The notes under the pieces are model-generated. The model saw only the letters and a program-made list of their open reading frames with translations, had not been told where the DNA came from and did no database searches. Below are positions 17,719-26,789 of a stretch of DNA of 64,000 bases, piece by piece. This stretch comes from a virus: IMG/VR virus record IMGVR_UViG_3300046694_000315, positions 42,047-106,046 of that record, one strand, 5' to 3'. The position numbers were made by a program, and so were the translations under genes. Each line of letters begins with the position of its first letter. The stretch's first letter is position 1.

Positions 17719-18582
17719 TCACCCGTGCCGGTGTTCGATCAGGCCCTCACGGTGGGCCTTCTCATGGGCGCGGACGGCCTTGCGCTGGTCGTGCTCCAGG
17801 AAGCGGGGACTCATCCCGTGGGCCTGGATCAGGTGCTCGTGCACGGCGTCGAGGTTGGTGTGGGTCTTGATCTTGGGTTCGACGGGGGCGGTCTTCTCGA
17901 ACTGGTCGAGGTTGAGGACGTGGGCCCCGACATGGGTGTCTCCCCGGCCGCGCGCTTCGGCGAGCCGGTGGTGCGCGTCGGCGACGTACGGTGTGCCGCC
18001 CTGGATGACCACCTTCACGTGCGGGTGGTCGGGGGCCAGCGGGCCGGTGATGTAGGAGTGTGAGCCGGTCTCGTACGAGGTCTGGCCGGTGTGCAGGACG
18101 GCGCTGGTGCTGATGCTCTGGAACTTGGCGTGCTTGTTCCAGAAGGCCTCGTTGCCGTGGCTCATCTGCGGGCCGTGCTTCTCGTACCACTTGTCGTCGA
18201 TCTTGGTGTCGACGACGTTGCCGTGCCCGTCGAGGTGCCCGAACTGCTGCGGGGAGTGCGGCGGGCCCATGACCATCTGCCCCTCGGACTGGGGGTAGTT
18301 GGTGCGCTCCTCGTCATGGATGAGCGTCTCGTCACGGGCGGCGCCGAGCGAGGTGACCTTGGTGAACATCCCGCCGCTGTGAGGCGTGGGATGCCCGATA
18401 TGAAGTGCGCCGGGCTTGGCCTGGAGATGCAGCGGCGTGTCCTTGGTCAGGTGGTAGGCCGCGCGGAGCGCGGTCTGCTTCTGGCCTTGGGCGGAGACCC
18501 TGCTGCCCAGGGGGACCGGGAGGGCGGTCTGCTCGAACTGTGGACCGGCGGTGTCCGGCTTACTGCGGGAAGGTGCCATCAC
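17719..18582 (-). CDS. ParB/Srx-like domain protein
   Basis: HVKVVIQGGTPYVADAHHRLAEARGRG (DGHHR-type motif). Confidence 0.6.
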   Translation of the reverse strand: MMAPSRSKPDTAGPQFEQTALPVPLGSRVSAQGQKQTALRAAYHLTKDTPLHLQAKPGALHIGHPTPHSGGMFTKVTSLGAARDETLIHDEERTNYPQSEGQMVMGPPHSPQQFGHLDGHGNVVDTKIDDKWYEKHGPQMSHGNEAFWNKHAKFQSISTSAVLHTGQTSYETGSHSYITGPLAPDHPHVKVVIQGGTPYVADAHHRLAEARGRGDTHVGAHVLNLDQFEKTAPVEPKIKTHTNLDAVHEHLIQAHGMSPRFLEHDQRKAVRAHEKAHREGLIEHRHG

Positions 18583-19571
18583 GCTCTCCTGTAGGGGGTG
18601 TTCCAGAGGGCCGCCTTGGCCAGGGCCACGGCAGCGTCATCGAGGGGAGCCCCGTACAGATCCGTTTCTTGTGCTTTGCGGGCCTCGGTCTCCGCCGTGG
18701 CGAGGGCGCTCAGGGCCTGGACGGTCCCGGCTTCCTTGTGTGCCTGCCAGCGGAAGTTGTAGTAGTCGCCGTAGCCCTCGCCGGTCCCGGAGAAGGCCAT
18801 GCGGCGGCTGAGGTGGATGTCGTCGAAGAGGGCCTTGGCCTGCTCGGTGACGATGCGCTGGGAGTCCATGGCGTTCTTCCAGGCCGGGCTGTTCTCCACG
18901 GACTGGGCGGCCTGGGAGCGCAGCAGGCCGTAGCGCTTGACGAGCAGCTCGGCCTGCTTCTGCTCGGCTTCGACGGCGGTCTTCCACTCGGCCGGGTAGA
19001 GGCTGCGCGGGTCGTCCGGCAGCTCGGGCGGGGTGATGTCCCAGCGGTCGGCGGTGAGGTTGTAGGCCGCGTAGGGGTGAATTGCGGCGATGCTGTGCGA
19101 GGTCGTACCCGGGTTCAGGTAGTAGGTGACCTCGTACGTCTGGCCGTGGAAGTTCGTGTTCGCGGTGGACGGCCACAGGTTCCGCTTGAGGTCTGTGTTC
19201 AGGAGGTCCGCGAATTCCGTTTCGCTGATTCCCTGGAAGGTGGGATTGGCCTCGTAGAACTTCGGGAAGTCGACGCCGAAGAGGACGTCGAGGTCGCCGT
19301 TTCCTCGGTCTCCGGCCCACTGGTAGGAGATGCCGGAGCCTGCGAGCCAGGCCGCTGACCAGGTGCGGGCGCCCTTGTAGCGGGCGTCGAGGAAGTTGTT
19401 CAGGATGCCGAGGATGTGGTCGCGAACGTCGGGCTTGATGTGCTTGCCGTCGAAGATGTGCGGGTCCAGTCCGCGCTGCGGCGTGCTGAAATAGCCGGAT
19501 GCCCCCGCGTGAATGTCGGGCTGTGCTCCCTGGCTTACTGCTCGATTGAGGTAGAACTCGTATCCGGCCAT
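18579..19571 (-). CDS. pol-beta superfamily nucleotidyltransferase
   Basis: LAGSGISYQW...GDLDVL (GS...DxD). Confidence 0.75.
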   Translation of the reverse strand: MAGYEFYLNRAVSQGAQPDIHAGASGYFSTPQRGLDPHIFDGKHIKPDVRDHILGILNNFLDARYKGARTWSAAWLAGSGISYQWAGDRGNGDLDVLFGVDFPKFYEANPTFQGISETEFADLLNTDLKRNLWPSTANTNFHGQTYEVTYYLNPGTTSHSIAAIHPYAAYNLTADRWDITPPELPDDPRSLYPAEWKTAVEAEQKQAELLVKRYGLLRSQAAQSVENSPAWKNAMDSQRIVTEQAKALFDDIHLSRRMAFSGTGEGYGDYYNFRWQAHKEAGTVQALSALATAETEARKAQETDLYGAPLDDAAVALAKAALWNTPYRRA

Positions 19572-19596
19572 GGTTTCGATTCTAGCTGGAATAGGG

Positions 19597-19631
19597 AAAG
19601 CCCCCGATTCTGCAATTGAATCGGGGGCTTT
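19597..19631. terminator. bidirectional intrinsic terminator
   Basis: perfect 14-bp IR AAAGCCCCCGATTC / GAATCGGGGGCTTT. Confidence 0.8.
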
Positions 19632-19648
19632 AGTAGTTGCTATTTCTC

Positions 19649-20038
19649 TCAGAGTTTGAGAGAAGCGCGGAGTTGGGCCTCCTGGGCCTGCCGCTGCATC
19701 GCCTGTCCGACCATCATCATCTGCTGCTGGGTGCGCTGGGCCGTCTCCATGACGGTGAGGTCCTTCTGGACCACGGCGACGGCGCCGTAGATGTCGTCGG
19801 GGGTGGCTCCTCGCCGGGGGACGAACTTCTGGGTCAGGTCGCTGGTGGCGACGACTGCGCCGTCCAGGCCGACCGCGACGAGGAACGCCGTGGTGACCGG
19901 GGTGCCGATCTCGTCTTCGGCGGGCGGGTGCTCGTCCGCCATCTTGGCCAGGGCCTCACGCTGCTCGGGCGTGAGGTCGTCAGTATGAAGCGCGCTGCTG
20001 TCGCTGCTGGGGGTCTGGCCGAGGATCGGGATGCTCAT
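19649..20038 (-). CDS. hypothetical protein
   Basis: 129 aa, GGAG SD. Confidence 0.7.
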   Translation of the reverse strand: MSIPILGQTPSSDSSALHTDDLTPEQREALAKMADEHPPAEDEIGTPVTTAFLVAVGLDGAVVATSDLTQKFVPRRGATPDDIYGAVAVVQKDLTVMETAQRTQQQMMMVGQAMQRQAQEAQLRASLKL

Positions 20039-20066
20039 GTGTGCTCCAGGTATGTGTCGGGTGGGG

Positions 20067-20552
20067 TTACTTGTAGAGTCCGGCCTTCTCGCGGGCGCTC
20101 TGCACGACGAGGGAGTGGACCGGGCAGAACTCGCAGAGGTAGCGGTCCTGGGCGGACTTGTACTTCGGCAGGCCTGCCGCCTTGCGCTCGGCTGCGGTGT
20201 CCGGCGTGAGGCGCTTGGAGCCGGTCTTGTAGTCGCCGCAGCCGGGGTTGCGGGCGTGGGCCTTCCAGCAGGCGTGGGCGTCTTCCTGGAAGGTGTTCTT
20301 CGCCTCGTAGAAGGTGGTGTCGAAGCCGGTGTGGCCGGTCTTGTCCCTGATCTGGGCGATGATCGCGTCGCGGGTGCTGGGGCTGTCCCAGTGCTTCTTC
20401 TCCACGCGAAGCATCGGGTGCGCGACGTGGTTGGGGTGCTTCTGCACGAGTGCTTCCAGGAGGAAGTCGGCGCGGGGGTCGCCCTCGTAGTCGGGCAGTT
20501 CCTCCATCGTGCCGCAGGTCTTGCAGAGAAGAAGCCGTATGTGCTCGGCCAT
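20067..20552 (-). CDS. Zn-binding hypothetical protein
   Basis: CKTC...CWKAH...C...LCEFCPVH. Confidence 0.75.
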   Translation of the reverse strand: MAEHIRLLLCKTCGTMEELPDYEGDPRADFLLEALVQKHPNHVAHPMLRVEKKHWDSPSTRDAIIAQIRDKTGHTGFDTTFYEAKNTFQEDAHACWKAHARNPGCGDYKTGSKRLTPDTAAERKAAGLPKYKSAQDRYLCEFCPVHSLVVQSAREKAGLYK

Positions 20553-20566
20553 GGTGTCCCTTCGAA

Positions 20567-21184
20567 TCAGTACCAGTTAGTGGCCTGGGAGTGTGCCCAG
20601 GCGGTGCAGGGTGTCCCGTATACCGCCTCGATGTATCCGAGTCCCCATCGTATCTGGGTTATTGCATTGGTTTGCCAATCCGAACCGGCGGAAGCCATCT
20701 TCGAGGCCGGTAGTGCCTGGGGTATTCCGTAGGCGCCGGAGGAGGGGTTGGTGGCGGTGACGCGCCAGTTGGACTCCTTCTCCCACAGCAGGTCCAGGCA
20801 GGCGAACTGGGTGGCTCCGACCTTGGCGAGGGCGTAGGCCTTCGGGGAGGTCGTGGCGACGACGGTGTGCGTCGGCGTTGGGGACGCGCGGGGCGTCTTC
20901 GTCGGTTTTGGCTGGTGGGAGTGGGTGGCGCTGGCGGTCGGCTTGGGGGTCTTGGTGACCTTGGGGGTGGGCGCCGGAGCCGCCGAGGTATGAAGCGAGG
21001 GACGCGTCAGGGACCGGTTGGCGGTGTCCGGAGCTGCTCGGGTGACGGTCGGCGCTGCGGCGATGCCGCTGTAGTCGACGGGCTGGCCCTGGCCGGTGAT
21101 GGAGATGGCCGATACGACGGAAGCCGTAACGAGGATGGCGGACGCTGCTGCTGCTGCGACGCGGTAGCGCATGCGGTGCCTCAC
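20567..21184 (-). CDS. secreted lytic transglycosylase-like protein
   Basis: signal peptide, Pro/Thr linker, WEKESNW...NPSSGAYGIPQALP...QIRWGLGYI...YG. Confidence 0.85.
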   Translation of the reverse strand: MRHRMRYRVAAAAASAILVTASVVSAISITGQGQPVDYSGIAAAPTVTRAAPDTANRSLTRPSLHTSAAPAPTPKVTKTPKPTASATHSHQPKPTKTPRASPTPTHTVVATTSPKAYALAKVGATQFACLDLLWEKESNWRVTATNPSSGAYGIPQALPASKMASAGSDWQTNAITQIRWGLGYIEAVYGTPCTAWAHSQATNWY

Positions 21185-21264
21185 TTTCGGGGACGTTCTT
21201 GCTCTTAGAACGTAACATCCCCACTACGGCATTGGAAGCCGTAATGGGGATGACGTTGTTCAGA

Positions 21265-22131
21265 TCACGCCTTGACGGTGAACAGACCGCTGGCCTTGGC
21301 CAACTTCGTCAGCGATGCCAGGCCCGGAGCACCCTTGGCGTCGTCGCCCGTGTAGCCGCTCTTCCGGCGGAAGAGGTCGTAGCCGTCCTGCGTCTTGGTG
21401 CCCCAGGAGCCGTCCACCCACCGCGCGTCGAGGTAGCCCAGCGCCGACAGCGCCTTCTCGACGAGCAGCACGTCCGCCTTGTGGGTCGTGTGGCCGGTGG
21501 CCGCCGGGAGGTCCGCCTTGCGGGCCGCGACGACGTTGGAGACGTCCACGACCGGCTTCGCAGCGGGCTTCGGAGCCGGAGCCGGGGCGGCCGGAGCCGC
21601 CGGGGTATGAAGCGAAGGGTTCTGCGACTTCCACGCCGGGTCGGCCGACTCGATGCCGTCCGGGTATTCCGGGTAGCCATATCCGTAGACATGCGCGTCG
21701 GTCCGGACGTGGGTCTTGGCGTAAACGCCATCCCCCTCTGCCGAACCGTTTATGTTCGTATTGCCTTCTACGCTGAAGACGTGAGTCGCGTCGAATCCGA
21801 TAACGACCCCGGTGTGCTCACCTCCGCCCGGCCCGTAGAAGATTTGACTGCCGATCGCGGGGTACGCACTGAATCGCTTCCGGGCCTTGTACCAGGAAAC
21901 GCCGGTCGCGCACGAGGCGGTAACCGGGTAGGAGCCCTTCGGCAGGCCCGCCGTCTGGAAGGCCCACGCAGCGAATACCGCGCACCAGGCGCCTTCCGCG
22001 TCGTCGACCCACTCCAGGCCCGGGACCTTGTCGGCGTACTTCTCGTGGTTGTTCCAGTGGCCGTTGGAATAGCCCTCGTGGTATCCCACCTCGGCATTTA
22101 CGACCTTGGTGAGATTGTCGGTCAGAGACAT
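21265..22131 (-). CDS. endolysin (CHAP domain plus peptidoglycan-binding domain)
   Basis: AWCAVF, HTGVV, VEGNT; C-terminal LSALGY...VDGSWGTKT. Confidence 0.85.
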   Translation of the reverse strand: MSLTDNLTKVVNAEVGYHEGYSNGHWNNHEKYADKVPGLEWVDDAEGAWCAVFAAWAFQTAGLPKGSYPVTASCATGVSWYKARKRFSAYPAIGSQIFYGPGGGEHTGVVIGFDATHVFSVEGNTNINGSAEGDGVYAKTHVRTDAHVYGYGYPEYPDGIESADPAWKSQNPSLHTPAAPAAPAPAPKPAAKPVVDVSNVVAARKADLPAATGHTTHKADVLLVEKALSALGYLDARWVDGSWGTKTQDGYDLFRRKSGYTGDDAKGAPGLASLTKLAKASGLFTVKA

Positions 22132-22133
22132 AT

Positions 22134-22382
22134 TCAGAATCCTGCCTGCGATGGTGGGGTCTGCACGTAGTTCGGGGTGTGGACCGGCTGGCCGTCGGGA
22201 CGGATCTTGACCTCGTCCTCGTGGCGGCCGTACCACACGTCGCTGAGGTCCAGGCGGGCCCGCGTCGTTGCGGACGTCGTCACGCCGATACCGCCACGGT
22301 CGACGATGATCTTCTTGTACTTGCCGTCGGTCGCGCCCTCGTTGAGTTCTGCGTTCATGGACCGGGACTGGGCGTAAGCCAT
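22134..22382 (-). CDS. hypothetical protein
   Basis: 82 aa in a tight operon. Confidence 0.65.
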   Translation of the reverse strand: MAYAQSRSMNAELNEGATDGKYKKIIVDRGGIGVTTSATTRARLDLSDVWYGRHEDEVKIRPDGQPVHTPNYVQTPPSQAGF

Positions 22383-22546
22383 TACTTCGCTCGCTTTCCG
22401 TTACCGTTCGCGCCCCGGCGATCGTTGAAGATGGCCAGTGGCTTAGCGGCACCGGTCGAACCCTCTTGTACCGTGCGCTTGCTGTTGTCAGACATTCCAG
22501 GGCGCCGCTTGTCGTCTGCGCGGTGCGGCTTTCTGTGCTTGGCCAT
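22382..22546 (-). CDS. small basic protein (not in ORF track)
   Basis: 54 aa MAKHRKPHRADDKRR..., start and stop coupled to neighbours. Confidence 0.5.
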   Translation of the reverse strand: MAKHRKPHRADDKRRPGMSDNSKRTVQEGSTGAAKPLAIFNDRRGANGNGKRAK

Positions 22547-22836
22547 CAAAAGCCCCCAAGGGTCGGCCTTGAACTTCCAGAATAGCCACCTATACTGCCC
22601 ACTCCGTTAGTCGGAGCTGCGAAGAGGCTATTCACGTCGAGCACGTCCTCAATTCCGAGGGCCGTGGTCCGGTATCCGTACTTCGGAGGAAACAAAGGAC
22701 GGACGACAGGGGCGGGTGCTGCCTGCATGGCGAGCACGTCACCCGGGATATCGGCGACGCCGAGCGCGTCCGTGAGAATCCGCTCAGGAAGAGAGGCCCA
22801 CGGACGCGTACGGTCGTATATGGAATCCGCTTGCAT
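22546..22836 (-). CDS. hypothetical protein
   Basis: ATG 22836 coupled to upstream TGA. Confidence 0.6.
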   Translation of the reverse strand: MQADSIYDRTRPWASLPERILTDALGVADIPGDVLAMQAAPAPVVRPLFPPKYGYRTTALGIEDVLDVNSLFAAPTNGVGSIGGYSGSSRPTLGGF

Positions 22837-24095
22837 CAGAACAACTTCTGCTGGCCCGGGTGGACCTCGGTATGAAGTCCGTTGCCCTTGCCGTAGGTGT
22901 TCAGCGAGGAGTCGTGGTTGTCGCCTCGGCGGCGCTTCTCCTCCGACCACTGCGCGGACTGCATGTTGGTCAGGGAGTTGAGGCCACGCTCCTGCATCAC
23001 GTTGCGGGCGACGTGGTCGTGGAAGGCGTGGATGCCCTTGATGCCCATGTAGGCCTGCTGGCTGCCGGAACCCTTCTTGTCCTCCAGGTGCGGGGCGAAC
23101 GCGCCGCCACCGGAGTGGGTGTCGGACACCCAGAACTGCGAGGAGCCGTGGGGGTCGACCCACGAGTTGTGGTAGGCGCCGACCTTCTCACCGGCCGTCG
23201 GCTTCCACGCGTTCGACAACTGCTTGCCGTTGAGGACCTGGTTCGTCACGTCGATGGCGAGGGCGTGGTTACGCGGGTAGCCGTTGACCGGGTAGGCGCG
23301 GGTGTCGCCTTCCTTCTTCACCAGTTGCGTGAACTGCTTGCCCGACTTCGAGGTGACGGTCTTCTCGACCTTGTCCTCGCGCGGGACGTAGTAGTCCGGG
23401 TGGTAGTGGTAGTCGGCGCCGGTCTTCCCGGACTTCGCCCACTTGATCGCGTGGCTGGCCGCCTCGTCGTTGGGGTAGACCGCCTTGCCCGTCTCCTTGT
23501 CCGGCCGCACGAAGACGTTCTGCGGGGACGTGATGGCGTTCGCAGCGGCCTGGACGCCGAAGGGCACCCCGTTCTCCTTCGCGGACGTCTTCAGGCGCGC
23601 ACGAGGGGACAGGGAGCCGTCACGGGTGTGGTCCTGGGCCGGGCTGTAGAACGAGTCGTGGTGCCCACCCTCGTGGGCGTAGGCACGGTCGACCTGCGCG
23701 GCCAGCGCGCGGTGCGCGGACTCGGGGGTGACACCGAACTTGGCGGCCGACCGCAGCACGCGGGACTGCTCGGCGGGCGTGTGGTCCTCCCACCGACGGT
23801 TGACCGGCATCATGTCCTTGACCGGGTTCATGGTGTGCTGGCCGTGCCAGACATCAGATCCCTCCGGGCCCGCCAACTCCATCTGGCCGTGGAGGTTCGG
23901 AGCCTTGTCGGTGTTGCCCATCAGCCGGTACGACTGGCGGGGACTGGCACCGGCACCGGGCTTGTCCTGGATGGTCTGGAACCGCTCGGGGTTGGCGGCC
24001 TCGTAGGACTGCCGCTTGGCCGACGCGTCCTTGACGGTCTTGTTGTAGGTGCGGGTATCCGCAGCCTTCTGTGCGGGGGTCTTGCTCGCAGCCAT
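22836..24095 (-). CDS. DNA glycosylase-like (HhH-related) phage protein
   Basis: AAANAITSPQN...GEKVGAY...VSDTH...MQSAQW, matching the AALSPQ/GPKV/IDxH/QAxxW phage family pattern. Confidence 0.5.
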   Translation of the reverse strand: MAASKTPAQKAADTRTYNKTVKDASAKRQSYEAANPERFQTIQDKPGAGASPRQSYRLMGNTDKAPNLHGQMELAGPEGSDVWHGQHTMNPVKDMMPVNRRWEDHTPAEQSRVLRSAAKFGVTPESAHRALAAQVDRAYAHEGGHHDSFYSPAQDHTRDGSLSPRARLKTSAKENGVPFGVQAAANAITSPQNVFVRPDKETGKAVYPNDEAASHAIKWAKSGKTGADYHYHPDYYVPREDKVEKTVTSKSGKQFTQLVKKEGDTRAYPVNGYPRNHALAIDVTNQVLNGKQLSNAWKPTAGEKVGAYHNSWVDPHGSSQFWVSDTHSGGGAFAPHLEDKKGSGSQQAYMGIKGIHAFHDHVARNVMQERGLNSLTNMQSAQWSEEKRRRGDNHDSSLNTYGKGNGLHTEVHPGQQKLF

Positions 24096-24099
24096 CGGG

Positions 24100-24654
24100 C
24101 TACCTCCACTGGTCTGGGGAGTTGTGGGGGGACGCCGACGGCAGCAACTTCCGCAGCCGTTCGGAGCGCACAGGGTCGATGTCGGCCATGACCTCGGCGA
24201 CGCCGTACTTCTGCTGGAGAGCGGCCATCTCTGCCGGGGACAGGGCGTTGACCTTGCCGCCGTGGGCGAGGCGCTCGGTGATGTCGCCCTTCTGCGTCCA
24301 CTTCAGGCCCCGGGCCTGGTAGACCAGACCGGCCTGCGGGTTGACGGATCCGACGTCGGGCCACACGTAGTCGCCGGGGTCGATCTTGTCGCCCTTGTGC
24401 ACGCCCCTTTGATAGGAGCGGTCGGTGAGGCGCTTCTGGACGCCCTGGAGCACTCTGTCCTGGCGCCGGTCGTTGATGGTGCCGAGATATCCGTCGGGAT
24501 ACTCGGCGGAAGGGACGCGGGCACCCATGGCAGCACGCCGGGCGTCCAGCGGATCGCGGAAGGAAAGAGCATCTGTACCTGCTCCGCCATTCGCACGAAC
24601 CGGGGCGCCCGGCTGACCTATGCCCATAGGTGGCAGGTATTGCCAGTTAGACAT
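24100..24654 (-). CDS. hypothetical protein
   Basis: 184 aa ORF with GC-rich third positions. Confidence 0.7.
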   Translation of the reverse strand: MSNWQYLPPMGIGQPGAPVRANGGAGTDALSFRDPLDARRAAMGARVPSAEYPDGYLGTINDRRQDRVLQGVQKRLTDRSYQRGVHKGDKIDPGDYVWPDVGSVNPQAGLVYQARGLKWTQKGDITERLAHGGKVNALSPAEMAALQQKYGVAEVMADIDPVRSERLRKLLPSASPHNSPDQWR

Positions 24655-24667
24655 GGCTGCCTACGAC

Positions 24668-25009
24668 TCACATTCCCTGTCGGTACTGACGCCGGAGGTA
24701 GAAGTCGCGGTTACCGATGGCGGAAGGGACCGTCACGGTGTTGCGCTGGACGAGGCCAGCCTCGGCGGCATTCGCCTGGTAAAGGACAGCGGTCGGCCGC
24801 AGGGAGGCGCCGTTCCGCTCCAGGATGTTGGGGCGGTGGGAAGCGGTAGCCGCCTCCAGGAATCCACCCTTGGACTGGTTCTTCTTCGGGACGGACCGGC
24901 CCTTGATGGGCTTGGCCACATTCCCGACCCGGGACGCTGCGGTACCCATGGTCGGACGCAACGACGGGTCATTCGTCGTCACGAGGTTGTCGCTCTTCTT
25001 CTTCGCCAC
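24668..25009 (-). CDS. basic hypothetical protein
   Basis: GTG 25009 after AAGGAG. Confidence 0.6.
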   Translation of the reverse strand: MAKKKSDNLVTTNDPSLRPTMGTAASRVGNVAKPIKGRSVPKKNQSKGGFLEAATASHRPNILERNGASLRPTAVLYQANAAEAGLVQRNTVTVPSAIGNRDFYLRRQYRQGM

Positions 25010-25019
25010 TTCTGGCTCC

Positions 25020-25298
25020 TTAGCCGCCGAGGGTTCGGTACGGGTTCTTGTCGATCCACAGCCGCTTGTCGTACGTCTGGGAGGACGCGCCATTTGCAGA
25101 CGGCGCGAATCCTCCGCCGATACGCTTTCGGTCGTAGTCCTGGGAGCCCAGACCGTTGGCGGAACCGCGTACCTGGGTCTCGTCGAAGACTGAGGTCGGC
25201 GTGAATCGCTGGGTATGGACCGGCTGGGCCGACGGGTACTTCGTTTCCATGGCACCGGTCGAAAAGGACCCATTTCGTCCGTCCGATACACCATTCAT
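25020..25298 (-). CDS. hypothetical protein
   Basis: 92 aa, GGAGG SD. Confidence 0.6.
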   Translation of the reverse strand: MNGVSDGRNGSFSTGAMETKYPSAQPVHTQRFTPTSVFDETQVRGSANGLGSQDYDRKRIGGGFAPSANGASSQTYDKRLWIDKNPYRTLGG

Positions 25299-25356
25299 TT
25301 CGCCTCCGTGGGATCCTTCCCAGTGTAAAGACGGAATGGCGGCGGTTTAGAACTCG

Positions 25357-25659
25357 TCAGTGGACGAGGATCCGCAGGAGGATCGCGCTGATTTCTCCGG
25401 CATCGGGGGTGTTCACCGTGGTGAATCCGGGTCGGGTATCGAGGACGATTCCCCGGGGGGCGACGAAACTGTTGGCGATGGCGATTGCCTTGACGCCCTG
25501 GTTCACTGCTCCGGCTCCGATGGCCCGCAGGGTGACGCGCTTGCCGTCGTAGACGGCGTGAGAGATGGCGCTGGCCACGCTGGCGGCGGACGACGAACTC
25601 TTGACCCGGAGGATGACCTCGTTACCGGCCCCCTCGTCGGCGTCGAACTGAACTCCCAT
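25357..25659 (-). CDS. spoVS: stage V sporulation protein S family (Alba-like fold)
   Basis: LRVKSSSSAASVASAI...LRAIGAGAVNQGVKAIAIA...PGF. Confidence 0.9.
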   Translation of the reverse strand: MGVQFDADEGAGNEVILRVKSSSSAASVASAISHAVYDGKRVTLRAIGAGAVNQGVKAIAIANSFVAPRGIVLDTRPGFTTVNTPDAGEISAILLRILVH

Positions 25660-25730
25660 TTGTTTCTCCTGTTGCTCCGATTTGCATCACATTTTGAGAA
25701 TACGGAGCGGCGGGAATCTTGTGTTAATGA

Positions 25731-25770
25731 CAACAGGCCCCGGGGCGTCGTCTCCACCCGGGGCCTGTTG
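25731..25770. terminator. hairpin, probable terminator
   Basis: CAACAGGCCCCGGG / CCCGGGGCCTGTTG. Confidence 0.65.
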
Positions 25771-25782
25771 CGAATCGAGTTG

Positions 25783-26190
25783 CTACTTCTCTGCGTACCA
25801 GGAACCTATTGCCTGTGCGGGTGGGGTTTCGAGGTACGACTTGGCCCGCTCGAAGAATGCGGGATCATCGCGGGCGTGGCCTAGGAGGTTGTTGCAGGGG
25901 CGGCATAGCAGTCCCCGGACAAGCAGGGTTTTGTGGTCGTGGTCGACCGAAAGGCGCCGGGTGGCTCCGGTGGCCCGTCGGCAGATCGCGCACTTCCCGC
26001 CCTGCGCCGCGTAAAGGGTGTCGTAGGTCCCGTCTCCGAGTCCGTACGTGGCCTGTACGCGCTTCTGGTGGGCGGCCGTGCTGCGGCGCTGCTTCTCTTC
26101 GCGCCAGTGCGTGGCGCACCGTGGGCCGGGGTTGGGCGCTGGGCGCTTGCTCCCCGGCTCGCAGTCCTTGCAGACCTTGGGGGTGGTCAC
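25783..26190 (-). CDS. endonuclease VII family protein
   Basis: YGL...QGGKCAIC...LSVDHDH...VRGLLCRPCN..LG. Confidence 0.9.
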   Translation of the reverse strand: MTTPKVCKDCEPGSKRPAPNPGPRCATHWREEKQRRSTAAHQKRVQATYGLGDGTYDTLYAAQGGKCAICRRATGATRRLSVDHDHKTLLVRGLLCRPCNNLLGHARDDPAFFERAKSYLETPPAQAIGSWYAEK

Positions 26191-26789
26191 GCGAAGGCCA
26201 GGATGTCCCTGACCTTGGTATGAAGGTCTTCGAGGGTGCCGTCGTTGATCAGGCGGACGTCGAACCACTTGTCGGGCAGGGGCTTCTCGGACTTGTGGTC
26301 GTTGACCGCACCGACGCCGGGCCGCTCGATCTTGACGAGCATGCCGAGGCGGGAGTCGATGGCGTGGTGCTCGTTCTCGAACCGCAGGTCGGTGAAGACG
26401 TACTTCTTGTCCTTGTCCAGGCCCTTGAAGGCGGCGTCGACCCACACGTTCTGGTCGATCATCTCGCGGCCGACTTCGGTGCCGATGACCTGGAGCATCC
26501 GGCGGATCTCGGGGTAGGCGCGCTTGGCCTCGTCCCACCCGATGGTGTCCACGATGTCCTTCACGCGGATGTCCTGGCCGTCGGTGCCGAAGAGCACGAC
26601 GGGGTTGAGGACGTACAGGGCCTCGCGGAGTTTGTCGGCGAAGGCGACGCGGGTGTAGCCGTAGTCGGCGAGGATCTTGGCGACGGCGTCCTTGCCCGCG
26701 CCGGGGAAGCCGTGGAGGCCGATGAACTGCGGGAGCCAGGACTCGACGATGTCGTGGCCGTCGGTGGTGTTGGTGGTGGCGGTGCTCAC
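26187..26789 (-). CDS. deoxynucleoside monophosphate kinase
   Basis: GLHGFPGAGKD, FADKLR, LQVIGTE, TDLRFENE, HKSE. Confidence 0.9.
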   Translation of the reverse strand: MSTATTNTTDGHDIVESWLPQFIGLHGFPGAGKDAVAKILADYGYTRVAFADKLREALYVLNPVVLFGTDGQDIRVKDIVDTIGWDEAKRAYPEIRRMLQVIGTEVGREMIDQNVWVDAAFKGLDKDKKYVFTDLRFENEHHAIDSRLGMLVKIERPGVGAVNDHKSEKPLPDKWFDVRLINDGTLEDLHTKVRDILAFA

